In this document: positions 9,399-19,291 of the stretch, piece after piece
Position numbering within the stretch: position 1 is the first letter of the stretch
How the letters are laid out: each line of letters begins with the position of its first letter
From: an uncultured Nitrososphaeraceae archaeon
GTDB taxonomy: Archaea > Thermoproteota > Nitrososphaeria > Nitrososphaerales > Nitrososphaeraceae
Assembly (NCBI GenBank): GCA_963779615.1
Contig: CAVZZA010000001.1
Coordinates: forward strand, 512,001-576,000
DNA length: 64,000 nucleotides
Direction: 5' to 3'
Translations under genes and position numbers: made by a program
The notes under the pieces: generated by a model
Databases searched by the model: none
Seen by the model: only the letters and a program-made list of their open reading frames with translations
Told to the model about the DNA's origin: nothing

Positions 9399-9905
9399 AT
9401 GAATTATGATAATACTGACAAGACAGCATTTTTGGCAATCATGGGATTAGCTGCATTAACGGGAGTTCTTTGCTATTTTATTTTCGCTGCGGCCACTCCA
9501 AAGGTAGGGGTTGTAGATTCGATATATAGGCATGAACTTCCACCACCAACTGAAGCTGCGACAAATGCACCAGCTGCCGAAGCCATAGATGAATCAAAGT
9601 TTACTACAAAGGTTACGGTCAATATATTAAAAGGTGCCTCAACTCAAGGAAATCCAAGTTATGGACCAAGCCCTGTTGCTACTACCAGTGATGCATTAAT
9701 CACATGGGTTAATGAAGATGTTTCTCCTCATACCGCTACAAGTGGAACAGGCCCCCAGGATCCTGAAAGCGCAAAGCTTTTTGACTCAGGCATCAAAAGT
9801 CCAGGTGATAAATTTAGTATACCCGCTTCAAAATTAGGAAAAGGCGAATTCTCTTACTATTGTACAGTTCATCCATACATGCTGGGAAAAATAACCGTAT
9901 CATAA
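9399..9905 (+). CDS. Membrane-anchored blue-copper (plastocyanin/cupredoxin) protein
   Basis: N-terminal TM helix; type-1 Cu ligands in PHTATS and YYCTVHPYM. Confidence 0.9.
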   Translation: MNYDNTDKTAFLAIMGLAALTGVLCYFIFAAATPKVGVVDSIYRHELPPPTEAATNAPAAEAIDESKFTTKVTVNILKGASTQGNPSYGPSPVATTSDALITWVNEDVSPHTATSGTGPQDPESAKLFDSGIKSPGDKFSIPASKLGKGEFSYYCTVHPYMLGKITVS

Positions 9906-10059
9906 TTTTATTTAATTATCTTTATTTATTAAATATTCTTTAAATATTTATTATTTTATAAAAGTATTATATTATTTGTACTGATATTTAATAATTTTTA
10001 TAATTATAACGGGGTTATATTGACGAATATTTATATAATGTACTTTTATTAAAAGATTT

Positions 10060-10842
10060 ATGTCATTTCTTAGTATTAAAGACCTGCGTGTAAATATTGA
10101 TGATAAAGAAATTCTTAATGGGGTTAATTTGGATGTAAATAAGGGTGAGGTCCATGCTATAATGGGACTCAATGGATCTGGGAAAAGTACATTAGCTAAT
10201 GTTTTATTGGGACATCCCCGTTATTCGGTAATTTCGGGCGATATATTAGTTAATGATGAAAGCATTCTAAAGTTAAAAACCGATGAGCGCGCAAAAAAGG
10301 GATTGTTTTTAGGGTTTCAGTATCCAACCGAGGTATCCGGTGTTGGCTACAGTCATTTTTTACGCAATGCATATAATTTATTAACCAAAAGCCTCGCCGA
10401 TGAGCAAAAAAACAGAGAGGTTTTCATAACCGTAAAAGAATTCCATGAGTATTTAAAAAAGAATCTTGATAACGTTGGATTAGACCAAAGCTTTCTAAGC
10501 AGGTATCTTAATGAAGGTTTTTCTGGCGGAGAAAAAAAGAGATCAGAAGTGATGCAAATGCTTGTTTTAAGGCCCAACCTTGCAATTCTTGACGAACCTG
10601 ATTCTGGGTTAGATATTGACGCTGTGCAGGCAGTCGCGGAGGCAATTAACAAATTAATTGAAACAGGGTCTGGTGTAATTGTTATTACCCATTACGCAAG
10701 AATATTGCGATTTCTTGGCAAATTAGATAAGATTCATGTAATGTCCAAAGGAAAAATAATTAAAACAGCCGGCAGAGAATTGGCTGAAGAATTAGAGGTA
10801 AAAGGCTATTCCTGGTTAGGGTTAACCGATGACTTTAAATAA
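10060..10842 (+). CDS. sufC: Fe-S assembly ATPase SufC
   Basis: GLNGSGKST, FLGFQYP, RYLNEGFSGGEKKR, ILDEPDSGLDID and ITHY motifs. Confidence 0.95.
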   Translation: MSFLSIKDLRVNIDDKEILNGVNLDVNKGEVHAIMGLNGSGKSTLANVLLGHPRYSVISGDILVNDESILKLKTDERAKKGLFLGFQYPTEVSGVGYSHFLRNAYNLLTKSLADEQKNREVFITVKEFHEYLKKNLDNVGLDQSFLSRYLNEGFSGGEKKRSEVMQMLVLRPNLAILDEPDSGLDIDAVQAVAEAINKLIETGSGVIVITHYARILRFLGKLDKIHVMSKGKIIKTAGRELAEELEVKGYSWLGLTDDFK

Positions 10843-10909
10843 TAATTTTATTTATTTTTTATTGCGTTTCATTTAAAACTATTTATTAATTTAGAATATC
10901 AGTATTGAT

Positions 10910-11773
10910 ATGGTAGGTAAAAATGAAATTAAAGTTAATGATGATGATAAATTAAACAATTTAAAAAAAGATAACGATAACCCTAATCCCGCTAAAAACA
11001 CAAATACTGATAGCAGTTTAAAAATAAATAAACAGGACAAGGTCATTATCGATTCTACCAAACCCGCCGATAACAGTTATACTAATAATCAAAACAAAGA
11101 AAATAAACCTGAAAAATTCATTAATTTTACCTTTTATAAAGTTGACCCTAAATGGCGTTGGTTAAACGAAGTAGGCAAAGACGAATCTTCTAGGGAATTC
11201 CTTGAATTATTAAAAGCAGCTAATACAAAAATGAAAGTCAAGACCTACTCTACGATTGGTTTAAGGCATGATTCTGAATTTATGATCTGGACAATTTCAC
11301 AATCATTGGAAAATATCCAAATTTTTGCATCAAAAGTATATTCCACCATCTTTGGAAAATATGTGGAACCCACCAACACTTTCCTTTCATTGACAAGAAA
11401 ATCAATTTATTCAAACCAAGCTAAACTCGGATTTGAGAGTGATGATGATGCTCAATTAAAATACGTTGTAGTCTATCCATTTATTAAATCACGAGAATGG
11501 TATCTTTTGCCATTTGAAAAAAGAAAGCAACTTATGGATGAACATATAAAAGTTGGGAGGAAATATCCTGAGATACGACTTAACACTACCTATTCGTTTG
11601 GAATTGGCGATCAAGATTTTATGTTAGCTTTTGAAACCGAAGATCTTTCAAAATTCCAAGATCTCATAATGGATCTGCGAGAAACACAAGTTAGCAGATA
11701 TATTCTAAAGGATATACCAATGATTCCATGTGTTTTAAAGGGTATGGATGAAATAATAAAGAGCCTGGGATGA
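10910..11773 (+). CDS. Chlorite dismutase/coproheme decarboxylase (ChdC/HemQ)-family heme protein
   Basis: VYPFIKSREWYLLP...MDEH...YSFGIGDQDF...LR motif. Confidence 0.85.
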   Translation: MVGKNEIKVNDDDKLNNLKKDNDNPNPAKNTNTDSSLKINKQDKVIIDSTKPADNSYTNNQNKENKPEKFINFTFYKVDPKWRWLNEVGKDESSREFLELLKAANTKMKVKTYSTIGLRHDSEFMIWTISQSLENIQIFASKVYSTIFGKYVEPTNTFLSLTRKSIYSNQAKLGFESDDDAQLKYVVVYPFIKSREWYLLPFEKRKQLMDEHIKVGRKYPEIRLNTTYSFGIGDQDFMLAFETEDLSKFQDLIMDLRETQVSRYILKDIPMIPCVLKGMDEIIKSLG

Positions 11774-11837
11774 CTAGTCATTTATTTTTCATTTAAATTG
11801 AAAATACTTATAAAAACATTTACCTTATCTTAGTCTA

Positions 11838-12710
11838 TTGTTCTCTGTGTTTTATCCTTCTATTTTCTTTAAGGATAATTTATCCTTTGAAAAATTCAAT
11901 TCGTATGGTTTATCTGGTCAATCAAGATCTACCTCTGTATCGACATCATCATCACCGCCTGCACCCAAACTACAGTCATCAAAGTCGGGGTTAGTCAATG
12001 ATGCATCATTATCATTTGACAAAGGATCCGACTCAAATTCGAATTTTGTTGCAGCATTGAAAGAATGGGCTATTGTGTGTAAAGCGGCAGAAGATGGAAA
12101 ACAGGTTTTATTGTTTAGGAAAGGCGGTATAATGGAATATCGAAACGGCTTTGAACTTAAACATAAAAACTTTTTCCTGTTTCCGACCTTTGAACATCAA
12201 TCTATGGAATCGATAAGAGATGAATATAAAAAAGAATTAGAAGGCTTGACTAACCAACATATTATAAAGGATGATGAACAGAATGATTCGATCTCAACAG
12301 TCCCAAATGATTCTCGGATATCGCCAAATTCCACAACAACTATCAATTCATTTGTAGAAATATCTTGCTTTAATGAAATAAATGATATCAACAAACTAGA
12401 AAAATTGGAAAAGTTTCATATTTGGAACCTTGATTATGTGAAAATGAGATTTAATTATAATCCTAAAAAACCTCTTTTTTTAATGTTGTTACGAACCTAC
12501 AGGCTAAGAGATGTCATCAAAATTCATAACAAGCCTGAATGGTCCGGATGCAAATCTTGGATTCAAATAGATCTAAAGGACAAAGCATTGGAAACCCATT
12601 TTAAAAATGGTTTGTCTCAAAGTTTTGAATGCCTGAAATCCATCAGCATACCAAGTATAGATGATGTTACCTTTAATAACATAACTGAAGAAATAAGGAG
12701 TATAGTCTAA
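11838..12710 (+). CDS. DUF1802 family protein
   Basis: ALKEWAIVC...GKQVLLFRKGGI, FLFPTFEHQ and GCKSW motifs; start uncertain. Confidence 0.85.
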   Translation: MFSVFYPSIFFKDNLSFEKFNSYGLSGQSRSTSVSTSSSPPAPKLQSSKSGLVNDASLSFDKGSDSNSNFVAALKEWAIVCKAAEDGKQVLLFRKGGIMEYRNGFELKHKNFFLFPTFEHQSMESIRDEYKKELEGLTNQHIIKDDEQNDSISTVPNDSRISPNSTTTINSFVEISCFNEINDINKLEKLEKFHIWNLDYVKMRFNYNPKKPLFLMLLRTYRLRDVIKIHNKPEWSGCKSWIQIDLKDKALETHFKNGLSQSFECLKSISIPSIDDVTFNNITEEIRSIV

Positions 12711-13702
12711 TGAAATACCGTAATTTGGGTAATAGTGGAATTAAAGTTAGTGAAATTGGTTTTGGAACTTGGACTTTGAGCTTGGATTGGTGGGGGAAAA
12801 AACTTGAGGAAGAAGAGTCTATAAAGATGTTAAAACATGCTTATGATGTAGGAATAAACTTTTTTGAAACCGCTGACATGTATGGAAAAGGCAAAAGCGA
12901 AAAATTGCTATCAAAAGCATTTAAAGATATGCGTAACGACGTGATTTATTCAACAAAATGGGGCTATGACATGTATAGTGCTGACCAAATCGGACATAAC
13001 GAAATTCCACAAAAGCACAATATTGATTTTTTAAGTTTTGCATTGACTGAAAGCATGAAAAGATTGGAGACTGATTTTATAGATGTATACAGTTTGCATA
13101 ATCCTAGAATGAGTGCAATAAAAAATGATCTGTTGTTTGATGAATTGGATAACCTGGTGAAATCTGGGAAAATTAAAAGTCATGGTGTTGCTTTGGGCCC
13201 CGCAATAGGCTGGAAGGATGAGGGCATTTACGCTATTGAACACAGGAATATAGTTAGTTTACAGACTGTATACAATATTCTAGAACAAGATCCGGGACGT
13301 GCATTTCTTGACGCTGTTGATAAAACAAGTAAACCGGTGGGGATAATGGTGAGGGTCCCGGATGCTTCTGGTGTTTTGACCGGAAAAGTGAATGAAAATA
13401 CTGTTATGGATAAAAATGATCATAGGAGCAGCAGAAAGAAAGAATGGATTGTTCAATCAATGAAAAAAATAGAAAAACTTAAACCAATTGCTGATTCTCA
13501 TGGATGGAACATTACTGAAATAGCTATTAAATATATCTTGTCGCAAGAACAAATATCTGTTGTATTGCCGACTGTTTTGAGTATTGATGAAATAGATATG
13601 TTTGCCCAACTATCCGATGGGAATTACTTGAATGCTAGTGAGAAAAAACAAATCGAACAAATGTATGAAAGTAATTTTCATTTGCCCGATCTAACAGCTT
13701 AG
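12710..13702 (+). CDS. Aldo/keto reductase
   Basis: MKYRNLGNSGIKVSEIGFG, INFFETADMYG, TKWG and DVYSLH motifs. Confidence 0.92.
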   Translation: MKYRNLGNSGIKVSEIGFGTWTLSLDWWGKKLEEEESIKMLKHAYDVGINFFETADMYGKGKSEKLLSKAFKDMRNDVIYSTKWGYDMYSADQIGHNEIPQKHNIDFLSFALTESMKRLETDFIDVYSLHNPRMSAIKNDLLFDELDNLVKSGKIKSHGVALGPAIGWKDEGIYAIEHRNIVSLQTVYNILEQDPGRAFLDAVDKTSKPVGIMVRVPDASGVLTGKVNENTVMDKNDHRSSRKKEWIVQSMKKIEKLKPIADSHGWNITEIAIKYILSQEQISVVLPTVLSIDEIDMFAQLSDGNYLNASEKKQIEQMYESNFHLPDLTA

Positions 13703-13710
13703 TATTTTTC

Positions 13711-13727
13711 TTTGCCATCTAGGCAAA
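13711..13727. terminator. Short hairpin between convergent genes
   Basis: TTTGCC-ATCTA-GGCAAA with T-rich flank, just after the AKR stop. Confidence 0.3.
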
Positions 13728-13800
13728 ATAAGACCCCCAAGTAAAAATAGTCAGTTGCAAATTTCAAGCAAAAAAACAAAAATTTTTAATTTAATAAACA

Positions 13801-14793
13801 CTACTCAAAATATTTGACACGTTCCTTTTTAAATTCCCTTGAACTAAATAGTATTTTATAGGTTTCCACTCCAATTACTGTTGAAATTTCTTTAGCTATT
13901 TTTTCTGCAGCTTCTATCGTCCTTGAGTGAATCATACTAAAAAGATTAAATTCCCAATCAGGGTAAACTGGACGTCTATAGCAATGACTTACTTGTGGAA
14001 ATGATGCAATTTTTGTACCCTTTTCGTCTACTTCCTCTTCTGGAACCTTCCAAACTATCATTCCATTTGCTGTAAATCCTGCCTGCCTATGCCTTAAAAT
14101 GGCTGCAAATCTTCTCATTATCCCAATGCTTTCATATTCTTTAATTCTGTTAAAAAGTTCTGCCGATGTTATTCCTAAATTTTCAGTGATTGACTTAAAA
14201 GGCTCTTTGGTTATTTCTATATCTTTCTGTAGTTGCCTTATGTATTCTCTGTCTACCTCAGATATTTTTTCAGCTTTTGTTTCCAAACTTTTAACCTTGT
14301 CATTGGGAGTGGGCTTTTCAGGATCGTCGTTTACCATGTCTAGTTTTACCCCAATTTTGTACATTTTTAACGTTGGTAATACTCTATACTTCAAGACCCC
14401 ATCTAGAGATGCCATTTTGTCAAGATCTGCTTTCATGTCACCGTCTGGTGAAACAGCAAGTGTAAACCATACATTATACTCGTGATTTCTTTCGTAGTTG
14501 TGGCTTACTCCAGGGTGTTTATTTATCTCATTTGCAACATAGTCTATTTTGTTTTTGTCTACTGAAAAGGCTACCAAAGCGCTTTTGTATCCTAGTTTTC
14601 TTGTGTCAAATATTGCGCTTATTTGCCTGATTATTCCAGTATCTTTTAATTTTTTTACTCTTTGAATTACTTCTTCTTCGGTTATGTGGTATCTATTCAC
14701 TAATTCTAAAAAGGGCCTATCGACTAATGGAAATGTCCATTGAATATCGTTTAATATTTGTTTATCTATATTATCTAGTTCATGAATTAGCAT
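13801..14793 (-). CDS. Fused siroheme decarboxylase AhbA-AhbB (NirDL/NirGH-like, double Lrp-fold)
   Basis: Two Lrp-like halves with VSHNYER.HEYNVWFT and VSHCYRRP.YPDW.FNLFSMIH, ending SSREFKKERVKYF. Confidence 0.88.
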   Translation of the reverse strand: MLIHELDNIDKQILNDIQWTFPLVDRPFLELVNRYHITEEEVIQRVKKLKDTGIIRQISAIFDTRKLGYKSALVAFSVDKNKIDYVANEINKHPGVSHNYERNHEYNVWFTLAVSPDGDMKADLDKMASLDGVLKYRVLPTLKMYKIGVKLDMVNDDPEKPTPNDKVKSLETKAEKISEVDREYIRQLQKDIEITKEPFKSITENLGITSAELFNRIKEYESIGIMRRFAAILRHRQAGFTANGMIVWKVPEEEVDEKGTKIASFPQVSHCYRRPVYPDWEFNLFSMIHSRTIEAAEKIAKEISTVIGVETYKILFSSREFKKERVKYFE

Positions 14794-14900
14794 AAATAAT
14801 ATATTTAGATTGCTTTTGATTAATTAATAAATATGTATCTTTAGTTTTCTTATATTATATGCACAAGTTTAAAAGAAGGTTGCATTTTAATAGAACGCAA

Positions 14901-14995
14901 GGGGCTATCGTCTAGCTTGGTAGGATACCATCCACAATTTTGTGGGTATATGCCCGGGGCGCTGGCGGTCGAGGGTTCGAGTCCCTCTGGCCCCA
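14901..14995 (+). tRNA. tRNA-Pro(GGG) with a 21-nt non-canonical intron at 29/30 (14931-14951)
   Basis: Removing TCCACAATTTTGTGGGTATAT restores the CCAGC/GCTGG anticodon stem. BHB: GG-ATAC-[CA^T]-CCACA..TGTGG-GTAT-[AT^G]-CC. Confidence 0.92.
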
Positions 14996-15119
14996 TATCA
15001 TTCGGTTACAGCAGCAGCAGCATTTTTATCCAATACCATATTACCGCATTAACTTAAAGGATCCAAAAACTTTTGAATGCTTGGATGAGAATAATGTGTG
15101 CCATCTTCCATGTATGGTA

Positions 15120-15163
15120 CCATTTGACCACCATTTGACCACCATTTGACCACCATTTGACCA
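15120..15163. repeat. 4 x 11-bp tandem repeat CCATTTGACCA
   Basis: Four perfect copies read directly from the sequence. Confidence 0.9.
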
Positions 15164-15431
15164 TTAGTAATATTGTGCTATCAAAAATTTTACCCATACA
15201 AATAATGATAGTATTTAAAGAGGCGAAATTTTTTAGATCAATTGTCAACAATATCCATCTAATTAAGGCTAAAAGGATAATATCTACACACCTTCTGTAA
15301 AATAAAAGAATATTCGCAAATATACGGAAATGAATTTGGTTTAATTTTGGTGCAATTACAACAAATTTAACAGTAATAATTAAAATTTAAATTAATATAT
15401 GACCGTTTGACAAAGGAAAGCGAATCTATCC

Positions 15432-16415
15432 TTAAATTAGTTCTTGGTTAACAATTGTAAGAGGTATTTGCCCGCGTGATAATCTTTCTATATTTATTGT
15501 AATTATTTTCGTTATTGAGTCAATCGCTTCAGCAGTCCATCCAGCGATATGTGGAGTCAAGAGAAAATTATCAAGACTTAATAGATCTTCATTTGGATCT
15601 ATTGGTTCACTCCAATATACATCGAATGCAGCTCCCGCTATTTCTTCGCTAGTTAAAGCCAAATGCAGCGCATCTTTATCTACTATATGAGCTCTTGCAA
15701 CGTTTATCAAGTATGCTGATGCCTTCATCCTTCTTAATTCGTTAGATCCGATCATGCCCTCTGTTTCTTTATTGAGAGGTGTGTGGATGGAAACTATGTC
15801 TGCATTGGATATTATCTCCTGAAGCTTATCTGTGCCATTTATACTATCCACAAAGTATTTGTTGTTACTTCCTTCTGTTTTTGTAAAGGGATGTTTTGTT
15901 ATTGCGTTAACTCGCATACCAAATGCCTTTGCTCTTTTTGCTACTTCTATCCCTGTTACTCCTAAACCAATAATTGCAAGGGTCTTTCCGGCCACTTCGA
16001 TACCAGGAAAACCCTTTATCTTTGTAGTTAATGTTCCTGAAAGACTACCTTCTTCACTGGTTTTACTTTTAATGTTCTTAGCTAGATATAAAATAAGAAA
16101 TATTGTGTGCTCTGCTACGGAAATTGCATTGGCCATAGGAACATTTGCAACATAAATTCCCCTGATTGTACACTCTTTAATGTCAATACTGTCAACCCCA
16201 ATACCGGATTGCTGTACGAGTTTTAATTTTGGGCATAAATCTAAAATTGATTTATCTATACTATTAAAACCGTTTACAATAATGGTGGCGTCAGCAAGCT
16301 GTGGTTTTAGGGGTTTTTTAAAATCTACAAATCCTATATCAAAACCTATTTTATTCATTTTTTTAGATAGGAATTCAATAAATGTAACATTTTGTAATAA
16401 CCCTATAATTTTCAC
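15432..16415 (-). CDS. D-isomer-specific 2-hydroxyacid dehydrogenase family protein
   Basis: GIGVDSID, SVAEH, GLGVTG, INVARA, FDVY.SEP and LTPHIAG motifs. Confidence 0.9.
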   Translation of the reverse strand: MKIIGLLQNVTFIEFLSKKMNKIGFDIGFVDFKKPLKPQLADATIIVNGFNSIDKSILDLCPKLKLVQQSGIGVDSIDIKECTIRGIYVANVPMANAISVAEHTIFLILYLAKNIKSKTSEEGSLSGTLTTKIKGFPGIEVAGKTLAIIGLGVTGIEVAKRAKAFGMRVNAITKHPFTKTEGSNNKYFVDSINGTDKLQEIISNADIVSIHTPLNKETEGMIGSNELRRMKASAYLINVARAHIVDKDALHLALTSEEIAGAAFDVYWSEPIDPNEDLLSLDNFLLTPHIAGWTAEAIDSITKIITINIERLSRGQIPLTIVNQELI

Positions 16416-16765
16416 TATATTTGTTATTACTTTCTTATGTTTTTGTTTATCTGTTAGTATGAGTTATGGTCATGTAAATATATGTAAAAATTATTGAAAA
16501 TAAATATATATTCGATACGCAATAAAATGCCCAATCAATACTTATTTAAATATAATAAGTTTTATTCTTTTATTGATTTATAATATGTTATGTAAATTGT
16601 TTGATGACAGTCACAATTATTCATGGTGACATTTAATATGAAAGGATAGGCTTGATTTATACCATAAGGTTTATTTTGAATAAATTAAATCAATATTGCA
16701 ACCAATAATATATCCTATAAAAAAGGATAAAATACTTTTTATAACGATTTGATAAAAATTCTATA

Positions 16766-17230
16766 TTGGATAATAAAGTTTCTAAAATTTTGGTCGGGAT
16801 AGATGGATCAGAATCTTCCTTTCACGCAGCAAATTATGCAACTGATCTATCAATAAAATTTGATTCCGAATTAATTCTTTTATCAATTGTTCCTTCTAAA
16901 ATTCATCATGGTGATTCTTCTGGTGTTTTTGGTATGGTCTCACAATCATACATGAATGAATATAAAAAAGAAGCAGAAAAATGGTTCAAAGAAATTATTA
17001 ATAATATGAAAGGTGAACAAACCTTTGAAGCTGATAAAAAAATAAAGACAGATGTCATAACTACACCATTTTCAATTGCTGCATCAATTTTAAATTACGC
17101 TGAAGAAAGAAATGTTGATCTAATCGTAATCGGTACTAAAGGAAAATCAGGACTAAAAAAAATGCTGCTTGGAAGCGTGGCCTCGGACACAGTAACCTAT
17201 TCGTATTGTCCTGTACTAGTAATCAAATGA
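16766..17230 (+). CDS. Universal stress protein (UspA family)
   Basis: KILVGIDGSE, DLIVIGTKGKSGLKKMLLGSVA and CPVLVIK motifs. Confidence 0.93.
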   Translation: MDNKVSKILVGIDGSESSFHAANYATDLSIKFDSELILLSIVPSKIHHGDSSGVFGMVSQSYMNEYKKEAEKWFKEIINNMKGEQTFEADKKIKTDVITTPFSIAASILNYAEERNVDLIVIGTKGKSGLKKMLLGSVASDTVTYSYCPVLVIK

Positions 17231-17683
17231 AATGTCATGTTTTGCCAATAGATCATTTAATCTTGCTTCACATTTTACTGTCTTTTGGAAACAAACACAC
17301 CTTTTGTATTGCCATATTTATATAATTCCTTATAAAAAAAGTAAAATGTACCAATAATTGGCTTTTTAATATTAATTTATTAATATGGCTCAAAATTTCC
17401 TTTCATTACCTTTTTGATTAAAAAATGCCTCTTTAACATAACGGTAAATATTGCTTAAAACTATCATCATATGCGACAGTGATAATGGTTTAAAAAAAAA
17501 ATTATATTTACCAATCAGTTTTACATGATGATAAATAATATCAAAAAATAGATTGTTTTCACCTTTACAAATAAAACTAGTTTTCAATCGAACCAACAAT
17601 TGTTATCGATTAATATAATCAAATACAAGTTTATATCAAAGTAACCATTTATCAAATGCGTTAATTCAGTTTATCTTTAATTG

Positions 17684-17740
17684 CCTCATAACCAATAAAA
17701 TTGATATAATTTCCCTCATAACCAATAAAATTGATATAAT
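17684..17740. repeat. Two perfect 27-bp direct repeats (30-bp period) upstream of the ParB-like gene
   Basis: CCTCATAACCAATAAAATTGATATAAT at 17684-17710 and 17714-17740. Confidence 0.85.
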
Positions 17741-17821
17741 ATTTTTAAAAAAGTAATAAAAATAACAATAAATTTTTAAGTTGATAAAAATGTATAAGTA
17801 TTAGATTAATTTAATTATACT

Positions 17822-18712
17822 ATGCACATGTTCGATACTAGTATAGTGGAACATATAGAAATGAAAATGGTTCGGCCATCTCAATTTTCTATTCGAGATA
17901 AGTATAATGACCATCAGGAAGTTGAATCTCTTATTTCCAGTATCAAAGAACATGGCTTGTTACAACCTATATTGATTCGTCCCTATCAAAATAGTTTTGA
18001 AATAGTTGCCGGTCATCGCAGGTTTTATGCATGCAAATCTCTTCGTTGGCGTCATATTCCGTGCAAGATAAGGGAGTTGAGCGATAAACAATCTTTCGAA
18101 ATTCAAATTACAGAAAATATTCAAAGAAAGTCTATGAGTGCTTTAGAAGAAGCCGAGGCATATAGAAAATATGTTCAAGATTTAGGCTGGGGTGGTGTTA
18201 CTGAGTTATCAAGGAAGATCGGCAAAAGTGAAGAATATGTTTCACACAGAATTCAACTCTTAAAACTTCCGCAAGATGTTAAAGAAAAGATAATGTTGAA
18301 TAAATTAAGTATAAGCCAAGCATTAGAATTAACAAATTTGTCACATGAAAACATGATCCAGTTTACCGATCACATTATAGAGAATGAACTAACAATAAGG
18401 CAGATTAGAGAGGTTAAATCAGTTTTTTCAAAAGAAAAGATTGCCATAGATGATTTGCTAAATAATGATATTATAAGTTCCAAAAGTGTGAAAACCTTAA
18501 AAGTTGCAAAAAAAACCTCTCTTGCTCTAAAAATTACACTTGCTCGATTGGATAGCATAATAGAAGAAGTTCAATTAACTTTTGAGCCTGCCCAAAGTAC
18601 TGATATCATTAGCTTTTTGATGGATTTACGACTTAACATTCATTCTTTAATAGATGACACTATTAGATTTAAAAATTTGAAGACATCCAAAATCCATAAA
18701 TGCCTAAAATAA
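17822..18712 (+). CDS. ParB/Spo0J-family protein (CTP-binding N-domain plus HTH)
   Basis: SIKEHGLLQPILIR, EIVAGHRR, ENIQRKSMSALEEA and the HTH ELSRKIGKSEEYVS. Confidence 0.9.
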   Translation: MHMFDTSIVEHIEMKMVRPSQFSIRDKYNDHQEVESLISSIKEHGLLQPILIRPYQNSFEIVAGHRRFYACKSLRWRHIPCKIRELSDKQSFEIQITENIQRKSMSALEEAEAYRKYVQDLGWGGVTELSRKIGKSEEYVSHRIQLLKLPQDVKEKIMLNKLSISQALELTNLSHENMIQFTDHIIENELTIRQIREVKSVFSKEKIAIDDLLNNDIISSKSVKTLKVAKKTSLALKITLARLDSIIEEVQLTFEPAQSTDIISFLMDLRLNIHSLIDDTIRFKNLKTSKIHKCLK

Positions 18713-18730
18713 CTCGTATTTTGCATTTTA

Positions 18731-19291
18731 CTAGATCTTTGCTGTGTTCTCGTTGTCATTTATAGGAATATAAAACCATTCGCCTAAAAATTTTTTATAC
18801 TCTCTATCCGTGTAGGTAAATGCATTATACCCAAATTCTTCCGTAGGGGAAAAATCATATACCCCATAAGTTTGAATTATATCTCCGAACAAATTTCTAT
18901 AAGTGTCACTTTCCTCATCAGCAATTTCTGTTGATGGAAATACCTGGATTGTGATCCAGTCATATCCTCCTCTGGTTCGACCAGAAAACAATACAAATGG
19001 CGCATCTTCTAAATATTTTTTTAATCCTTCCAGCCTGCTCGTTAAATGTTGTGATGACCTAAAAGTCATCAATACTGCTCTTATTATTTTATGTTTTACT
19101 TTTTTAATGTTGATGGAAATAGTATACCCTAAAATTACTTTTTCATCCTCTAATGTTTTTATTCTTGAACCGATCTCATCTAGACTTAAATTATACCCAT
19201 AGTCTCTTATATAGTCGCCCATTTCATGTAAATCCTGTTTTGAGTTTTTACTTAATGCGGAGAGTATTAATTCATCTACAGTATCTAGCAT
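18731..19291 (-). CDS. Lrp/AsnC-family transcriptional regulator
   Basis: LDTVDELILSAL...RIKTLEDEKVILGYTISIN HTH and an RTRGGYD RAM-like domain. Confidence 0.8.
   Translation of the reverse strand: MLDTVDELILSALSKNSKQDLHEMGDYIRDYGYNLSLDEIGSRIKTLEDEKVILGYTISINIKKVKHKIIRAVLMTFRSSQHLTSRLEGLKKYLEDAPFVLFSGRTRGGYDWITIQVFPSTEIADEESDTYRNLFGDIIQTYGVYDFSPTEEFGYNAFTYTDREYKKFLGEWFYIPINDNENTAKI

Noticed and set aside
15120-15163. Possible CRISPR array
   Set aside because: The units are 11 bp and contiguous, with no spacers and no cas genes.
14940-15251. ORFs 14940-15149 (+) and 15054-15251 (-)
   Set aside because: They overlap tRNA-Pro and/or the 11-bp minisatellite and have no protein-like features.
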